Source: Rikenellaceae bacterium (GTDB lineage: Bacteria; Bacteroidota; Bacteroidia; Bacteroidales; UBA932). Taken from it: DNA of 64,000 bases. The translations under genes were made by a program, and so were the position numbers. Position 1 is the stretch's first letter, and the number at the start of each line of letters is the position of its first letter. The DNA lies in NCBI GenBank assembly GCA_900769885.1, contig CAAGIG010000087.1:12966-76965 (forward strand), read 5' to 3'. A model generated the notes under the pieces. It did no database searches. It was not told the origin of the DNA and saw nothing but the letters and a program-made list of their open reading frames with translations. Below are positions 50,601-58,935 of the stretch, one piece after another.

Positions 50601-51120
50601 CCAGGTAGATATCGACGATAACAACAACTACACTATCGTTATGAAATCATACGCTTGGATCGGTGATGGTAACAAACTTATCAAAGTAACCTACCAAGGT
50701 GACCTTGAAGGTATCTCAACCGGCGAACCCAGCAACCCTGGTACCGGTGACGGAGATCCATACGCTGACTACCAAGACACATATATGCAAGTAGCAATGC
50801 ACTGGAACTCAACCAGTTCAATGGTAGTACTTATGGCAAGTGATGATTCATTCGTATACCAACTTAACCTTCTTCACAGCTCAAGCGATGCTCTACCTGC
50901 AGGTATCTATGACATCGACGATGCTGACGGAGACGAACTTGGTCTTGAAAGCACATCACAGCTAACAGATATGTCAAACTCCTACTCTTCTAAACCTGTT
51001 TCAGGTCAATTGGAAGTTCAAGTGGATGGTAGCGGTAACTATAATCTATATCTTAATATAGTTAATGACCTTGGCGAAAACATCAAGGCAAAGTATAGTG
51101 GTCCTATCACTTGGAATTAA
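47617..51120 (+). CDS. giant acidic repeat lipoprotein of unknown family (1167 aa)
   Basis: Starts at the ATG at 47617 (MKKFLLLTISALVLALSSC lipobox). Two N-terminal ~91-aa modules plus seven 120-155-aa repeats. T-ending codon bias resembles glyA and the r-protein genes. Confidence 0.85.
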   Translation: MKKFLLLTISALVLALSSCKETVPEPTVKAVAGEATENSLSFTVTPTNAESGAYLCVEGSQEISSAEDILAQGIKFDVSKESTQTVSNLRKGTEYTIMVAVSAGPHKVAATPFKMKTQGGPPTITIEEGTASGSSLSFVANTTNATKAAYVIFTEGEAPAAEEIIAQGTEFNVGENVTVTVTELAAATEYIIVAAATDGETTVASEALEMTTTNGQTEGGITEVTGRRWHKYNYGLNIHNNEGCYAFINMYLDAPGPGGVIPEGTYPVMSYDGEYDGGGEPITPAASSFIWDMGSLMTFDDQYYNTGNYTSPASGYIKVSHLSNGYKLEIDLTDTDGYNMKGVYEGVVGYTFEQEGFSNPPIPWNETTIEGNLTSVTGTNFGNEGGFYLWMKTEQGPYDIFMILRNPVVYDGLIPEGTYTVGNFDPENPDLLVIDGSEEQSQAQLESDHRRYLVDGGTMTVTHVTGGYNLVLNFENELKTKFNITWEGAITDHWGDGEFMNPEGPAKPEIEWEYLDCQYFNDQNYILAGKGTQGSEVVEFLFELYCPSSLYKILPKAEYTFGGTEYYFTGSYVNNSAVNGGLVKVDHLKEGYDLYIQVTTEDGNTYKLSYEGIIADYENSGFQNPPVPGAEENNCTVFGAAGSYGSTSYTLVFKEGNKEKLNLNVNCPWSVCNIIPEGEYPVDTKVSWDTPSQYDYYVNANNSYAGSKSLTSGLLVVSHLEDGGYTITFEGTDNGGNTYDYNFTGVMEPTDNWSTINNPPIPWKDITVNTEVLALTGDHTTPEKEFRLTVMLGDYPYDMYLVLEAPETVQDGIIPEGTYTIGGEYGIGANSWVNDGEWEVGFTGNSSVTITHLDEGYGVEFALETQLKTKINATRNGLIFKTQGAQYDFQNPGYEYEPYYDIVMTQGASAGTITTNNTGVELKRYVFQSAAGDYMEMAFYKESAEPYLQEGTYTPGDEFDPRYPFGPFTFWGNGCPLTIVGSGQSYPYYMSNGTIQVDIDDNNNYTIVMKSYAWIGDGNKLIKVTYQGDLEGISTGEPSNPGTGDGDPYADYQDTYMQVAMHWNSTSSMVVLMASDDSFVYQLNLLHSSSDALPAGIYDIDDADGDELGLESTSQLTDMSNSYSSKPVSGQLEVQVDGSGNYNLYLNIVNDLGENIKAKYSGPITWN
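47695..48255 (+). repeat. two tandem ~91-aa coding modules (Fn3/Ig-like by pattern) in the giant lipoprotein
   Basis: aa 27-117 and 123-213 align by eye: SLSFTVTPTNAESGAYL...SSAEDILAQGIKFDV...TEYTIMVAV...FKMKT against SLSFVANTTNATKAAYV...PAAEEIIAQGTEFNV...TEYIIVAAA...LEMTT. Confidence 0.75.
48277..51117 (+). repeat. seven degenerate tandem coding repeats (120-155 aa) with an IPEGTY core motif
   Basis: Core motif at aa 261, 414, 675 and 814 (IPEGTY or IPEGEY), with variants at 554 (LPKAEY), 948 (LQEGTY) and 1093 (LPAGIY). Each is followed about 50-60 aa later by V.H[LV]..GY.L (or V.[IV]D...NY.[IL] in the last two repeats) and a Y.G closing strand. NPP[IV]P-type linkers separate the units. Confidence 0.8.
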
Positions 51121-51141
51121 TAAGATCAATACACAAAATTT

Positions 51142-51175
51142 GAGGTCAACCTTTCGAGGTTGGCCTCTTTTTATT
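51142..51175 (+). terminator. rho-independent terminator after the giant lipoprotein gene
   Basis: 11-bp stem (GAGGTCAACCT / AGGTTGGCCTC, one G-U pair) closed by a TTCG tetraloop, then TTTTTATT. Confidence 0.8.
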
Positions 51176-51316
51176 ATGCCCCACGCACATAATTATATCA
51201 TTAATATCGGCATAAAGCCTTGCCTTACAAAGAGATTTCTCGAAACTTCAGACAGCTGCCATTACCGGGTATCTTAACCTCGCTATATGAACTTTGTCAG
51301 AATATAATGGTTATTC

Positions 51317-52405
51317 CTATCCGCGCTTCTTGTAAGAGAGGATAGCCCACGAAATGATAAATACGAAGAATACTACCAATGGTTTGATATAAGGAAGAAG
51401 ATCTTTGAATGAACTTCCTTTGAGGTAGATAAGTCTCATTATTTCAGAGAAATAGGTAAGTGGATTGATAAAGGCAATAAATTGTGCCCAGGATGGCATT
51501 GAAGATATAGGAGTCAAAATTCCGGACATCAGAATAAAAATAATGACAACAAAGAAAATGGTAAACATCGCCTGTTGCATTATTGTAGAGTAATTGGAAA
51601 TAATAAGACCTAATGCCGAAATTCCAAGAATAAAGAAAATGGAGACTCCATACAAAAGCAATATACTCCCTGCAGGAGGCAAGGCATACATCAAATAAGA
51701 GACAATCAAAGAGAGTGTCAGCACCACCACCCCGATTATCCAATAAGGGATAAGTTTTCCCAGAATAAAAGCATACTTGGGAACAGGGGTGACATTTATC
51801 TGTTCAATAGTTCCGTTCTCTTTTTCTATAACGATATTCATCGAGGGGAGAAAACCCACTATCAGAGTCACTACCAGCACGATGAGTGAAGGAATCATCG
51901 GAACCTTGTAATCCATTGTAGAGTTAAACTGATATGTCGACTCAACAGAGATATTGACAGGAATCTCTCCTCCAAATTCTGATGCAAAGTCTGCTAAAAT
52001 AGCTGAAAGATATGATGTTCCAAGATTAGCCTTGGTCTCATTCACAGCATTGGCCGCTATCATCACAGAAGATTTTCTCTCCAATGTGATATCTGTCTCA
52101 AAAGAGGGTGGAATCTCAAGGATAATATCTGATTTGCCAGACTCAATATACTCCAATGCCTCATCATAATCTGAAGCAAGACCGATAAAGTTAAAGTACT
52201 CTGTCGAAGATAGTTTATTGAGCATCTGGGCAGAGACCGAAGACCTGTCGTAATCTACTACTGTTATATTTACATTCTTGATTTCCATAGTTGTTGCCCA
52301 CGGAAATACAAGCATAACCAGACAAGGGAGGACAAATATAAGAGAAATTATGAATTTGTCCCTCCACAGTTGTTTGAACTCTTTTTCTATAAGGTACTTT
52401 ATCAT
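51317..52405 (-). CDS. ABC-2 type transporter permease
   Basis: 362 aa. N-terminal TM helix, large extracytoplasmic loop and five C-terminal TM helices (YbhS/YbhR-like architecture). Confidence 0.8.
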   Translation of the reverse strand: MIKYLIEKEFKQLWRDKFIISLIFVLPCLVMLVFPWATTMEIKNVNITVVDYDRSSVSAQMLNKLSSTEYFNFIGLASDYDEALEYIESGKSDIILEIPPSFETDITLERKSSVMIAANAVNETKANLGTSYLSAILADFASEFGGEIPVNISVESTYQFNSTMDYKVPMIPSLIVLVVTLIVGFLPSMNIVIEKENGTIEQINVTPVPKYAFILGKLIPYWIIGVVVLTLSLIVSYLMYALPPAGSILLLYGVSIFFILGISALGLIISNYSTIMQQAMFTIFFVVIIFILMSGILTPISSMPSWAQFIAFINPLTYFSEIMRLIYLKGSSFKDLLPYIKPLVVFFVFIISWAILSYKKRG

Positions 52406-53544
52406 AATCTGTCTTTGTATTTATACACACTGAACGAAGTTATTGCTATAAGGAATCCAAAGAGAATAAGGACAATATCGAGACAATATTTGACACTTAC
52501 CCCTTGAATCATAAGGGCTTTCATTGCATCTATGTACCACCTTGCCGGTATTACATTTGAAAAATATTGCAATGCCACAGGCATACTCTCTATTGGGAAC
52601 AACATCCCTGAGAGGAGCAAAGTGGGAAGGAGGAATACCATTGCTGAGATAAGGATTGCCTCTTCCTGGGTAGATACCAGAGTCGAAACCAGAATTCCAA
52701 GACTCAACGATACCATTATATATAATAGCGATATCATCACCACCCACAACATACTTCCGCTGACTGGAACCTGCAACAGATAAATCGCCAGAAGGATAGT
52801 CGTGGCAAGGTTGACTGCTGAAATGACAAAATATGGGATAGTTTTAGCAATAATCACAAGGAATGGTTTCACCGGAGAGACCAACAGCACCTCCATTGTT
52901 CCCCTCTCCTTCTCCTTCACAATGGAAACTGATGTCATCATTGAACAGACCAAAGTGAGAATCATCCCCATAACCCCCGGCACGAAGTTGAACGAACTCT
53001 TCATTTGAGGATTGTAAAGCATTGTTGTAGAAGGCTTTATCTCAACAGGAGGAACCCACGAAGGATCCACATTGTTCATTATAACCTCTTCTGCCAGGTC
53101 TGTCTGAGACCTTGCTATGATATTTCTCAGATAGAATTGTGCCATTTGGGCAATATTCATATTTGTACCGTCGAGCAGAATCTGGACATTGGCACTCCCT
53201 TCGTGAGAGAGCTGGTAATAAAAATTCTCCTGAAAAATTATTGCAACCTCGATATTATTATTCAGAAATGCTGCATCAAGTTCCTCTTTCTCAGAGGCAT
53301 CGAGGACAACAGTAAAATATTCGCTCGCATCGATACGGGAGATGAGCCTTTGTGCAAAAACATCTGAGGAGGGTGTATAAACCCCGACTTTTACATTTTT
53401 AAGTTCTGTAGAGAGGGCAAAACCAAACAGCACAATCATTACCACTGGCATTACCAGCAGAACCATCAAAGTCCTGGTATCCCTGAGGATATGGTTGAAC
53501 TCCTTACCTACAAAGGAGATAAATCTCGCAACACTTTTATTCAT
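52402..53544 (-). CDS. ABC-2 type transporter permease
   Basis: 380 aa from an internal ATG (MNKSVARFISFVGKEF). Same architecture as its paralogue. Overlaps the neighbouring genes by 4 and 8 nt. Confidence 0.8.
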   Translation of the reverse strand: MNKSVARFISFVGKEFNHILRDTRTLMVLLVMPVVMIVLFGFALSTELKNVKVGVYTPSSDVFAQRLISRIDASEYFTVVLDASEKEELDAAFLNNNIEVAIIFQENFYYQLSHEGSANVQILLDGTNMNIAQMAQFYLRNIIARSQTDLAEEVIMNNVDPSWVPPVEIKPSTTMLYNPQMKSSFNFVPGVMGMILTLVCSMMTSVSIVKEKERGTMEVLLVSPVKPFLVIIAKTIPYFVISAVNLATTILLAIYLLQVPVSGSMLWVVMISLLYIMVSLSLGILVSTLVSTQEEAILISAMVFLLPTLLLSGMLFPIESMPVALQYFSNVIPARWYIDAMKALMIQGVSVKYCLDIVLILFGFLIAITSFSVYKYKDRL

Positions 53545-54346
53545 CTCTCTTGGCTTTTCTGGCAAGGGTATGGAACACCTGATCCATATTTGCCGCATTA
53601 AACTTTCTCTTCAATTCTGATGGGGAATCGAGCGCTTCGATTTTGCCGTCCACCATAATCGATACTCTGTCACAATACTCCGCCTCATCCATATAGTGGG
53701 TAGTTACAAAAATAGTAATTCCCCTCTCTGCCGCATCGTAAATCATCTCCCAGAAACCCCTTCTGGTCGCGGGGTCAACGCCACCGGTAGGTTCATCCAG
53801 AAAGACAATTTGAGGCTCGTGGAAGATAGCTACAGAGAATGCCAGTTTCTGTTTCCATCCCAAAGGGAGAGAACGGACAAACATATTTCTCTGCTCGTTA
53901 AGATTCAGTCTATCAAGCAATTGATTGGTCTTGACCTCAATCTCCTTATCACTCATTCCGTAAATTCCACCGAAAAGACGGATATTCTCCCATACCTTAA
54001 GATCCTCGTACAACGAGAACTTCTGGCTCATATACCCGATAGACCTCTTTATATTTTTGACCTCCCATTTCAAGTCATAACCTGCCACCATAGCCCTGCC
54101 GTCAGTAGGTTTGCTAAGTCCGCACAACATCTTCATAGCAGTAGTCTTACCGGCACCATTTGCCCCAAGGAAACCGAAAATCTCCCCTTTTTTGACAGAA
54201 AAAGAGATATGGTCTACCGCCACAAAATCGCCAAAACACTTGGTAAGTCCTTCAGCTCTGATAATCTCCCCTTCCCGCAAAAAAGGTTCGCTGTCATTAT
54301 TCATATATTCCAGAAACTTCTTCCTGAATTTATCTCTCCAAATCAT
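53537..54346 (-). CDS. ABC transporter ATP-binding protein (degenerate signature motif)
   Basis: Walker A GANGAGKTT, signature position reads LPLGWKQKL, Walker B IVFLDEPTGGVD. An alternative start at MNNDSEPF (54304) is possible. Confidence 0.85.
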   Translation of the reverse strand: MIWRDKFRKKFLEYMNNDSEPFLREGEIIRAEGLTKCFGDFVAVDHISFSVKKGEIFGFLGANGAGKTTAMKMLCGLSKPTDGRAMVAGYDLKWEVKNIKRSIGYMSQKFSLYEDLKVWENIRLFGGIYGMSDKEIEVKTNQLLDRLNLNEQRNMFVRSLPLGWKQKLAFSVAIFHEPQIVFLDEPTGGVDPATRRGFWEMIYDAAERGITIFVTTHYMDEAEYCDRVSIMVDGKIEALDSPSELKRKFNAANMDQVFHTLARKAKRDE

Positions 54347-54349
54347 ATT

Positions 54350-55276
54350 CTACATATTTAAAGTTTCCAGATACATATAACAATCCTCAATATTAGGAGC
54401 AATCTCATAAACCTGAGTATTTCCAAAACCCCTGACATCAAGTTCATTTTTCAACAATGAAATCCCCTGCTGACTCGATATACCCTTATCTTTCAATATG
54501 ATATGATGAGTATCTCCAAAAGCAAAACAGCTCAATACCTCAGGAAAAGTACGCACCTCTCTCAGAAGAGCAGGCATCCTCTCACCTTTCAAAGCAAAAA
54601 GGTGATGGTCAAAATCTGCAATAATCTGACCTGGAGTTGCAGTCTTTAGAAACTTTCCGCTTCGTATCAAAGCAATTCTGTCGCAAAGAGTCGCCTCATC
54701 CATATAAGGTGTTGAGACAATAATTGCAAGCCCCTGCTCCTTTAATCTTCCCAACATAGTCCAGAACTCCTTTCGAGAAACAGGGTCCACCCCTGTGGTA
54801 GGCTCATCCAGAAACAAAACCTCAGGCTTATGAATCAAGGCACAGCACAAAGCCAGTTTTTGCTTCATTCCCCCCGACAAAGCCCCCGCCTTACGCTTTT
54901 TAAATGGTTCAATCTGTGAATAAATATCTTTTACAAGGGAATAATTCTCTTCGAGAGTAGTTCCAAAAAGTGTTGCAAAGAAATTTATATTCTCCTCAAC
55001 ACTCAAATCCTGATACAAAGAGAATCTGCCTGGCATATATCCGACCTTTGAACGGATCTCCTTGTAATTTTCAATAACATCAAGTCCCAAAACCCTGGCA
55101 CTGCCACCATCGGGAAGAATCAGGGTTGTCAAAATCCGGAACAAAGAGGTCTTGCCGGCGCCATCAGGTCCGATAACACCAAAAATCTCCCCCGGAGAGA
55201 CCTCCATAGAGACTCCGCACAACGCTTCCCTTGAACCGTATCGCTTCTTTAGATTATCTATCTGAACGCAGTACAT
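54350..55276 (-). CDS. ABC transporter ATP-binding protein
   Basis: Walker A GPDGAGKTS, signature LSGGMKQKL, Walker B VLFLDEPTTGVD. Confidence 0.9.
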   Translation of the reverse strand: MYCVQIDNLKKRYGSREALCGVSMEVSPGEIFGVIGPDGAGKTSLFRILTTLILPDGGSARVLGLDVIENYKEIRSKVGYMPGRFSLYQDLSVEENINFFATLFGTTLEENYSLVKDIYSQIEPFKKRKAGALSGGMKQKLALCCALIHKPEVLFLDEPTTGVDPVSRKEFWTMLGRLKEQGLAIIVSTPYMDEATLCDRIALIRSGKFLKTATPGQIIADFDHHLFALKGERMPALLREVRTFPEVLSCFAFGDTHHIILKDKGISSQQGISLLKNELDVRGFGNTQVYEIAPNIEDCYMYLETLNM

Positions 55277-55285
55277 TCCCGGAGC

Positions 55286-56194
55286 CTAAAATTTGACATC
55301 TCCATACATACCAATCTTAGCAAATCCGTCATTGACAAATGAAATCTTTACGGCATATACCAGATTTGAACGTTCATCCTTTGTCTGAATAGATTTTGGA
55401 GTAAACTCTGATACACTTGAAATCCACGAAACAGTTCCGGGATAACTCTTTTTATTTTCCTTATCGGCACTAATATAAATAGTAACTTTCTGACCAAGTT
55501 TGATTTTTGCCAATTCAGAAGCCGAAACATATGCTCTCAAAAACATATTTTCGACATCCGCTATCTTGAACAGAGGTTTACCCATCCCTGTAAGTTCCCC
55601 TCTTTGAGCATATTTTACCAAAACAGTACCATTGATTGGAGAGGTGATTTGACATCTTTGCATAAGATTTTCGATTTGAGCAAGTTGCGCCCTTAGAGAG
55701 GTAACCTCCGCATCAATTGCCGCATTAGCCTGATTCAATTGTCCTTCCGCAGCGGCCAACTCCTTCTCCAAAATGGAGATTCCAGAATTGAGGTCATCCA
55801 ATTGTTTTTGATTTGCAGCATTCGCATCAAGAAGATTTTGAACCCTTTTTCTCTCACTCTTGTTGATTTTGATCTGCTCTTTAAGGCTTGCTGTCTGCTG
55901 AGCGACATCCTGCTTGCGTGCAAGTGCAGCATCAATTCCGGCAAGAAGCTGGTCCTTTTTGAGAGAAAGCTGTACGGTATCTATCAATCCATATACGTGG
56001 TCCTGCTCCAGAACCGAACCCTCATTAATATCAAATGAAATAATTTTGCCATCACCCTCTGATGACACAATAACTTCCTCTGCCTCAAAGGTTCCAGATG
56101 CATCGTACAAAGATTTGTCAGACTGGCAGGCAGTAAAAAGAAGTGTGGCAGACAACGCTGCAAAAATGATATTCAAATAAATATATTGTCTCAT
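55286..56194 (-). CDS. HlyD-family periplasmic adaptor (membrane fusion protein)
   Basis: 302 aa. Lipoprotein-like N-terminus (LLFTAC), central coiled-coil hairpin and a C-terminal beta-barrel segment. Confidence 0.75.
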   Translation of the reverse strand: MRQYIYLNIIFAALSATLLFTACQSDKSLYDASGTFEAEEVIVSSEGDGKIISFDINEGSVLEQDHVYGLIDTVQLSLKKDQLLAGIDAALARKQDVAQQTASLKEQIKINKSERKRVQNLLDANAANQKQLDDLNSGISILEKELAAAEGQLNQANAAIDAEVTSLRAQLAQIENLMQRCQITSPINGTVLVKYAQRGELTGMGKPLFKIADVENMFLRAYVSASELAKIKLGQKVTIYISADKENKKSYPGTVSWISSVSEFTPKSIQTKDERSNLVYAVKISFVNDGFAKIGMYGDVKF

Positions 56195-56196
56195 AA

Positions 56197-57507
56197 TTAA
56201 TTGTTTCTGATATGTTTAAGTTGATAAATAGCTTTCATCAGTTCTATTTCGTGGAGAATCATTTGCTTTTTGGAAATATCCTCACGATTTATCTCTCTTA
56301 TCAAATCTGACGCATTCATTGTACCATTCTCCACCTCAACCTCTGCCGACTTTCTGATTTTGGTCCTTAGAGCGTATATTTTTTCATCTTCTTTCAGCAG
56401 TTCGATAAGTCTGCGCACCTCAGATATCTGTTCCTCACTCTGTAAAGAGGTATTGAAAAGGAATGTCTCCTTCACCGACTCAATTTGCTGTTTGCTGAAT
56501 TTGACCACCTTTTTGCCATATCCCAAACTGTAAAGTTCGCTGATATTCCATTGCAAAGTAATTCCACCTATTGCAAATGGGGCAAAAGAATTGTCCAAAA
56601 AGTCAAGACCCGGACGGCCGTATCCTCCACGGACAAACAATTTGAATTTAGGCATTCCGCTTGCCACCCAATAATCCAATTGGGTATCAATCTGAGCAAT
56701 TTGAGCATCATACATATCCAATTCAAATCTCCTTACATCCTGCAAAAGGATAGAGGTGAGAAGCTGTTCCATATTTGTTCCGGGGGCAATAGGATATTCG
56801 AGCATTTGGACAGAATCTATCTTGGTTCCTGTCATCAGAGAGAGCATTCTCAGATATGCCTCGATTTTAGATTCGATATTGAGGATATTTTGTTTGTGGG
56901 TGATTAATTCCACCTCAATCATATCGTGGTCAGAGTCATTTGCGACACCGTTTTCAATACATTTTCCTATTCTTTCGACCTCTGTCTCAAGTTCAGAAAT
57001 CATCATTTTGGTTTGATTGAGCTGCTCTCCGAGAAGAAGGAGTCCGAAATAGAGACCATCGATTTTTTCACGAAGAGAATAGATTGCAATATTCTGTTCG
57101 TGTTTCTCTATTGTCGCTTTTGCTCTGATATTTTCCCTTTCGGCAGCAATTTGTCCACCGTCCCATATTACTTGCGAGAGCTCTATAATTGCAGAATACT
57201 GGTCCTTGCTGTAAACAGGGGCTTCAAATCCTGGAATTGAGATATCAACTGGCCAGGTCAGCACATCTGTCTGAATAGAAGCCGATGCAGATATGGAAAT
57301 CTGAGGAAAATACTTCATATAAGCATTTTTCAGATTATAAGTTTCAGACAATTCTATAAGATTATATCGCTTGACAAGGGGATAATTCTCCTGAGTCAGC
57401 TGATAGCACTGCTCCAACGAATACTTTACAGAGGCGGAGGTAGTTTCCCCTCTTAGAGAAAATGCACTGAATATCAGCGCTATAAATATACATATACGAT
57501 GTTTCAT
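56197..57507 (-). CDS. TolC-family outer membrane efflux protein
   Basis: 436 aa with a signal peptide and two internally repeated helix/strand halves typical of TolC. First gene of the exporter operon. Confidence 0.75.
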   Translation of the reverse strand: MKHRICIFIALIFSAFSLRGETTSASVKYSLEQCYQLTQENYPLVKRYNLIELSETYNLKNAYMKYFPQISISASASIQTDVLTWPVDISIPGFEAPVYSKDQYSAIIELSQVIWDGGQIAAERENIRAKATIEKHEQNIAIYSLREKIDGLYFGLLLLGEQLNQTKMMISELETEVERIGKCIENGVANDSDHDMIEVELITHKQNILNIESKIEAYLRMLSLMTGTKIDSVQMLEYPIAPGTNMEQLLTSILLQDVRRFELDMYDAQIAQIDTQLDYWVASGMPKFKLFVRGGYGRPGLDFLDNSFAPFAIGGITLQWNISELYSLGYGKKVVKFSKQQIESVKETFLFNTSLQSEEQISEVRRLIELLKEDEKIYALRTKIRKSAEVEVENGTMNASDLIREINREDISKKQMILHEIELMKAIYQLKHIRNN

Positions 57508-57529
57508 CTATTCACAATAATACAAACTA

Positions 57530-57537
57530 CAAATATA
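57530..57537 (-). promoter_or_regulatory. putative -7 box (TATATTTG on the minus strand) for the TolC-HlyD-ABC operon
   Basis: Exact TAnnTTTG, 22 nt upstream of the ATG at 57507. Confidence 0.45.
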
Positions 57538-57566
57538 ATAGGATTTTCGAACAGCATAAAATTTTT

Positions 57567-57574
57567 TATCTTTG
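57567..57574 (+). promoter_or_regulatory. putative -7 box (TATCTTTG) for the MATE gene
   Basis: Exact TAnnTTTG, ending 8 nt before the ATG at 57583. Implies a near-leaderless mRNA. Confidence 0.4.
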
Positions 57575-57582
57575 CCCCCTCT

Positions 57583-58935
57583 ATGCTAAAAGAATATCTA
57601 CCATACTATAAAAGAAATCTCAAAGTCGCTCTGCCTGTTATGATTACGCAAGCGGGACAGGTATTGGTCCAGCTTGCAGACAATATAATGATAGGACATC
57701 TGGGAGCGGCACAACTCGCAGGAATTTCCTTTGCAAATGCCATTCTGGTAATAGGTCTGGTTTTTTCGATAGGATTTTCCCAGGGGATTACCCCTATCGT
57801 AGGACAAGCATTCGGAAAAGGGGACAGTGCATTTGTCTCAAAAGCATTCTTCAACTCCCTGTTCCTCAACCTATTTATGCTGATTGCAACATTAGCTGTG
57901 ATGTTCTTTATCGGGTTCAATCTCGATATGTTCGGACAGGATGCAGAGGTCCTTTTCTATGCCAGGGAATACTACATAATTCTGGTGTGGTCATTTATAC
58001 CTATGGTAATATTCAATAGTATCAGATTCTTCTCCGAAGGTATCGGAAATACAAAATACGCAATGTGGATAACCCTTTTCTCCAATGGATTAAACATCTT
58101 CCTGAATTGGGTACTTATCTACGGCAAACTCGGTGCTCCACAAATGGGAGTGACCGGTGGAGCGTGGGCCACATTCATAAGCAGAATCGTAGCGGCAGTG
58201 CTGTTCTTTATCCTTTTGTTCAAAGTTGAAGAATACAATAAATATCTCAAATTCATTTCGAGCAAAATCATCAGCCTGAAAATGGTCAAAGAGCAACTCA
58301 GACTCTCAATTCCAATCTCATTGCAAAGCACCCTGGAGGTCACTGCTTTTTCATTGGCAGCAATTATGGTGGGATGGCTCGGCAAATATGAACTTGCAGC
58401 ACATCAGGTAGCCCAATCATTGTCCACATTTACATTTTTGATTGCCACAGGGATTGGAGCTGCTGCAACCATCAGGGTATCACATCAGTACGGAAGTGGG
58501 AATTTCCACGAAACAGAAATGGCAGGAAAAGCCTCAGTACACATTGCCGTCGCCTTTATGAGCTTTTGCGGTATATTGTTTATTGCATTCAAATCCCTTC
58601 TTCCATTTGCCTTCACTGAGGACCCCAATGTTATTCCAATTGCAGAAGATTTGATTGTGATTTTGGCATTGTTCCAGATATTTGACGCCACACAATTGGC
58701 CAGTCTCTCCTCTTTGAGAGGATTGAAAGACATTAAGATTCCACTCCTTTTCTCATTGATAGCATACTATTTGATTTGTCTCCCCGTGGCATACCTTTTG
58801 GGCTTCAAGGCAGGATTAGGACCCACAGGAGTATGGATTGGACTTGCAGCAGGACTTGCTATTGCAGCAATTACATTCTACCTTAGATTTTTGAGTATTT
58901 GTAAAAAAATGAATCCCCACAAAAATGAAATATAA
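57583..58935 (+). CDS. MATE-family multidrug efflux transporter
   Basis: 450 aa from an internal ATG (MLKEYLPYYKRNLKVALPVMITQAGQVLVQLADNIMIGHLG). 12 TM helices in a two-fold repeat. Confidence 0.85.
   Translation: MLKEYLPYYKRNLKVALPVMITQAGQVLVQLADNIMIGHLGAAQLAGISFANAILVIGLVFSIGFSQGITPIVGQAFGKGDSAFVSKAFFNSLFLNLFMLIATLAVMFFIGFNLDMFGQDAEVLFYAREYYIILVWSFIPMVIFNSIRFFSEGIGNTKYAMWITLFSNGLNIFLNWVLIYGKLGAPQMGVTGGAWATFISRIVAAVLFFILLFKVEEYNKYLKFISSKIISLKMVKEQLRLSIPISLQSTLEVTAFSLAAIMVGWLGKYELAAHQVAQSLSTFTFLIATGIGAAATIRVSHQYGSGNFHETEMAGKASVHIAVAFMSFCGILFIAFKSLLPFAFTEDPNVIPIAEDLIVILALFQIFDATQLASLSSLRGLKDIKIPLLFSLIAYYLICLPVAYLLGFKAGLGPTGVWIGLAAGLAIAAITFYLRFLSICKKMNPHKNEI

Noticed and set aside
46960-51316. 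Possible integrated genomic island using tRNA-Leu as its attachment site
   Set aside because: There is no integrase, excisionase or mobility gene. By eye I could not find a direct repeat of the tRNA 3' half downstream. Codon usage looks native and highly adapted rather than foreign. A proper repeat search could still be run.
53696-54361. 221-aa plus-strand ORF
   Set aside because: Antisense shadow of the ABC ATPase gene, with no independent support.
51317-57507. TolC-HlyD-2xABC-2xABC2 operon as a candidate novel system
   Set aside because: The architecture matches the well-known YbhGFSR-type ABC-2 efflux systems with an outer-membrane factor, which are common in Bacteroidota. Nothing unusual stands out beyond split ATPases, one of which has a degenerate signature motif.
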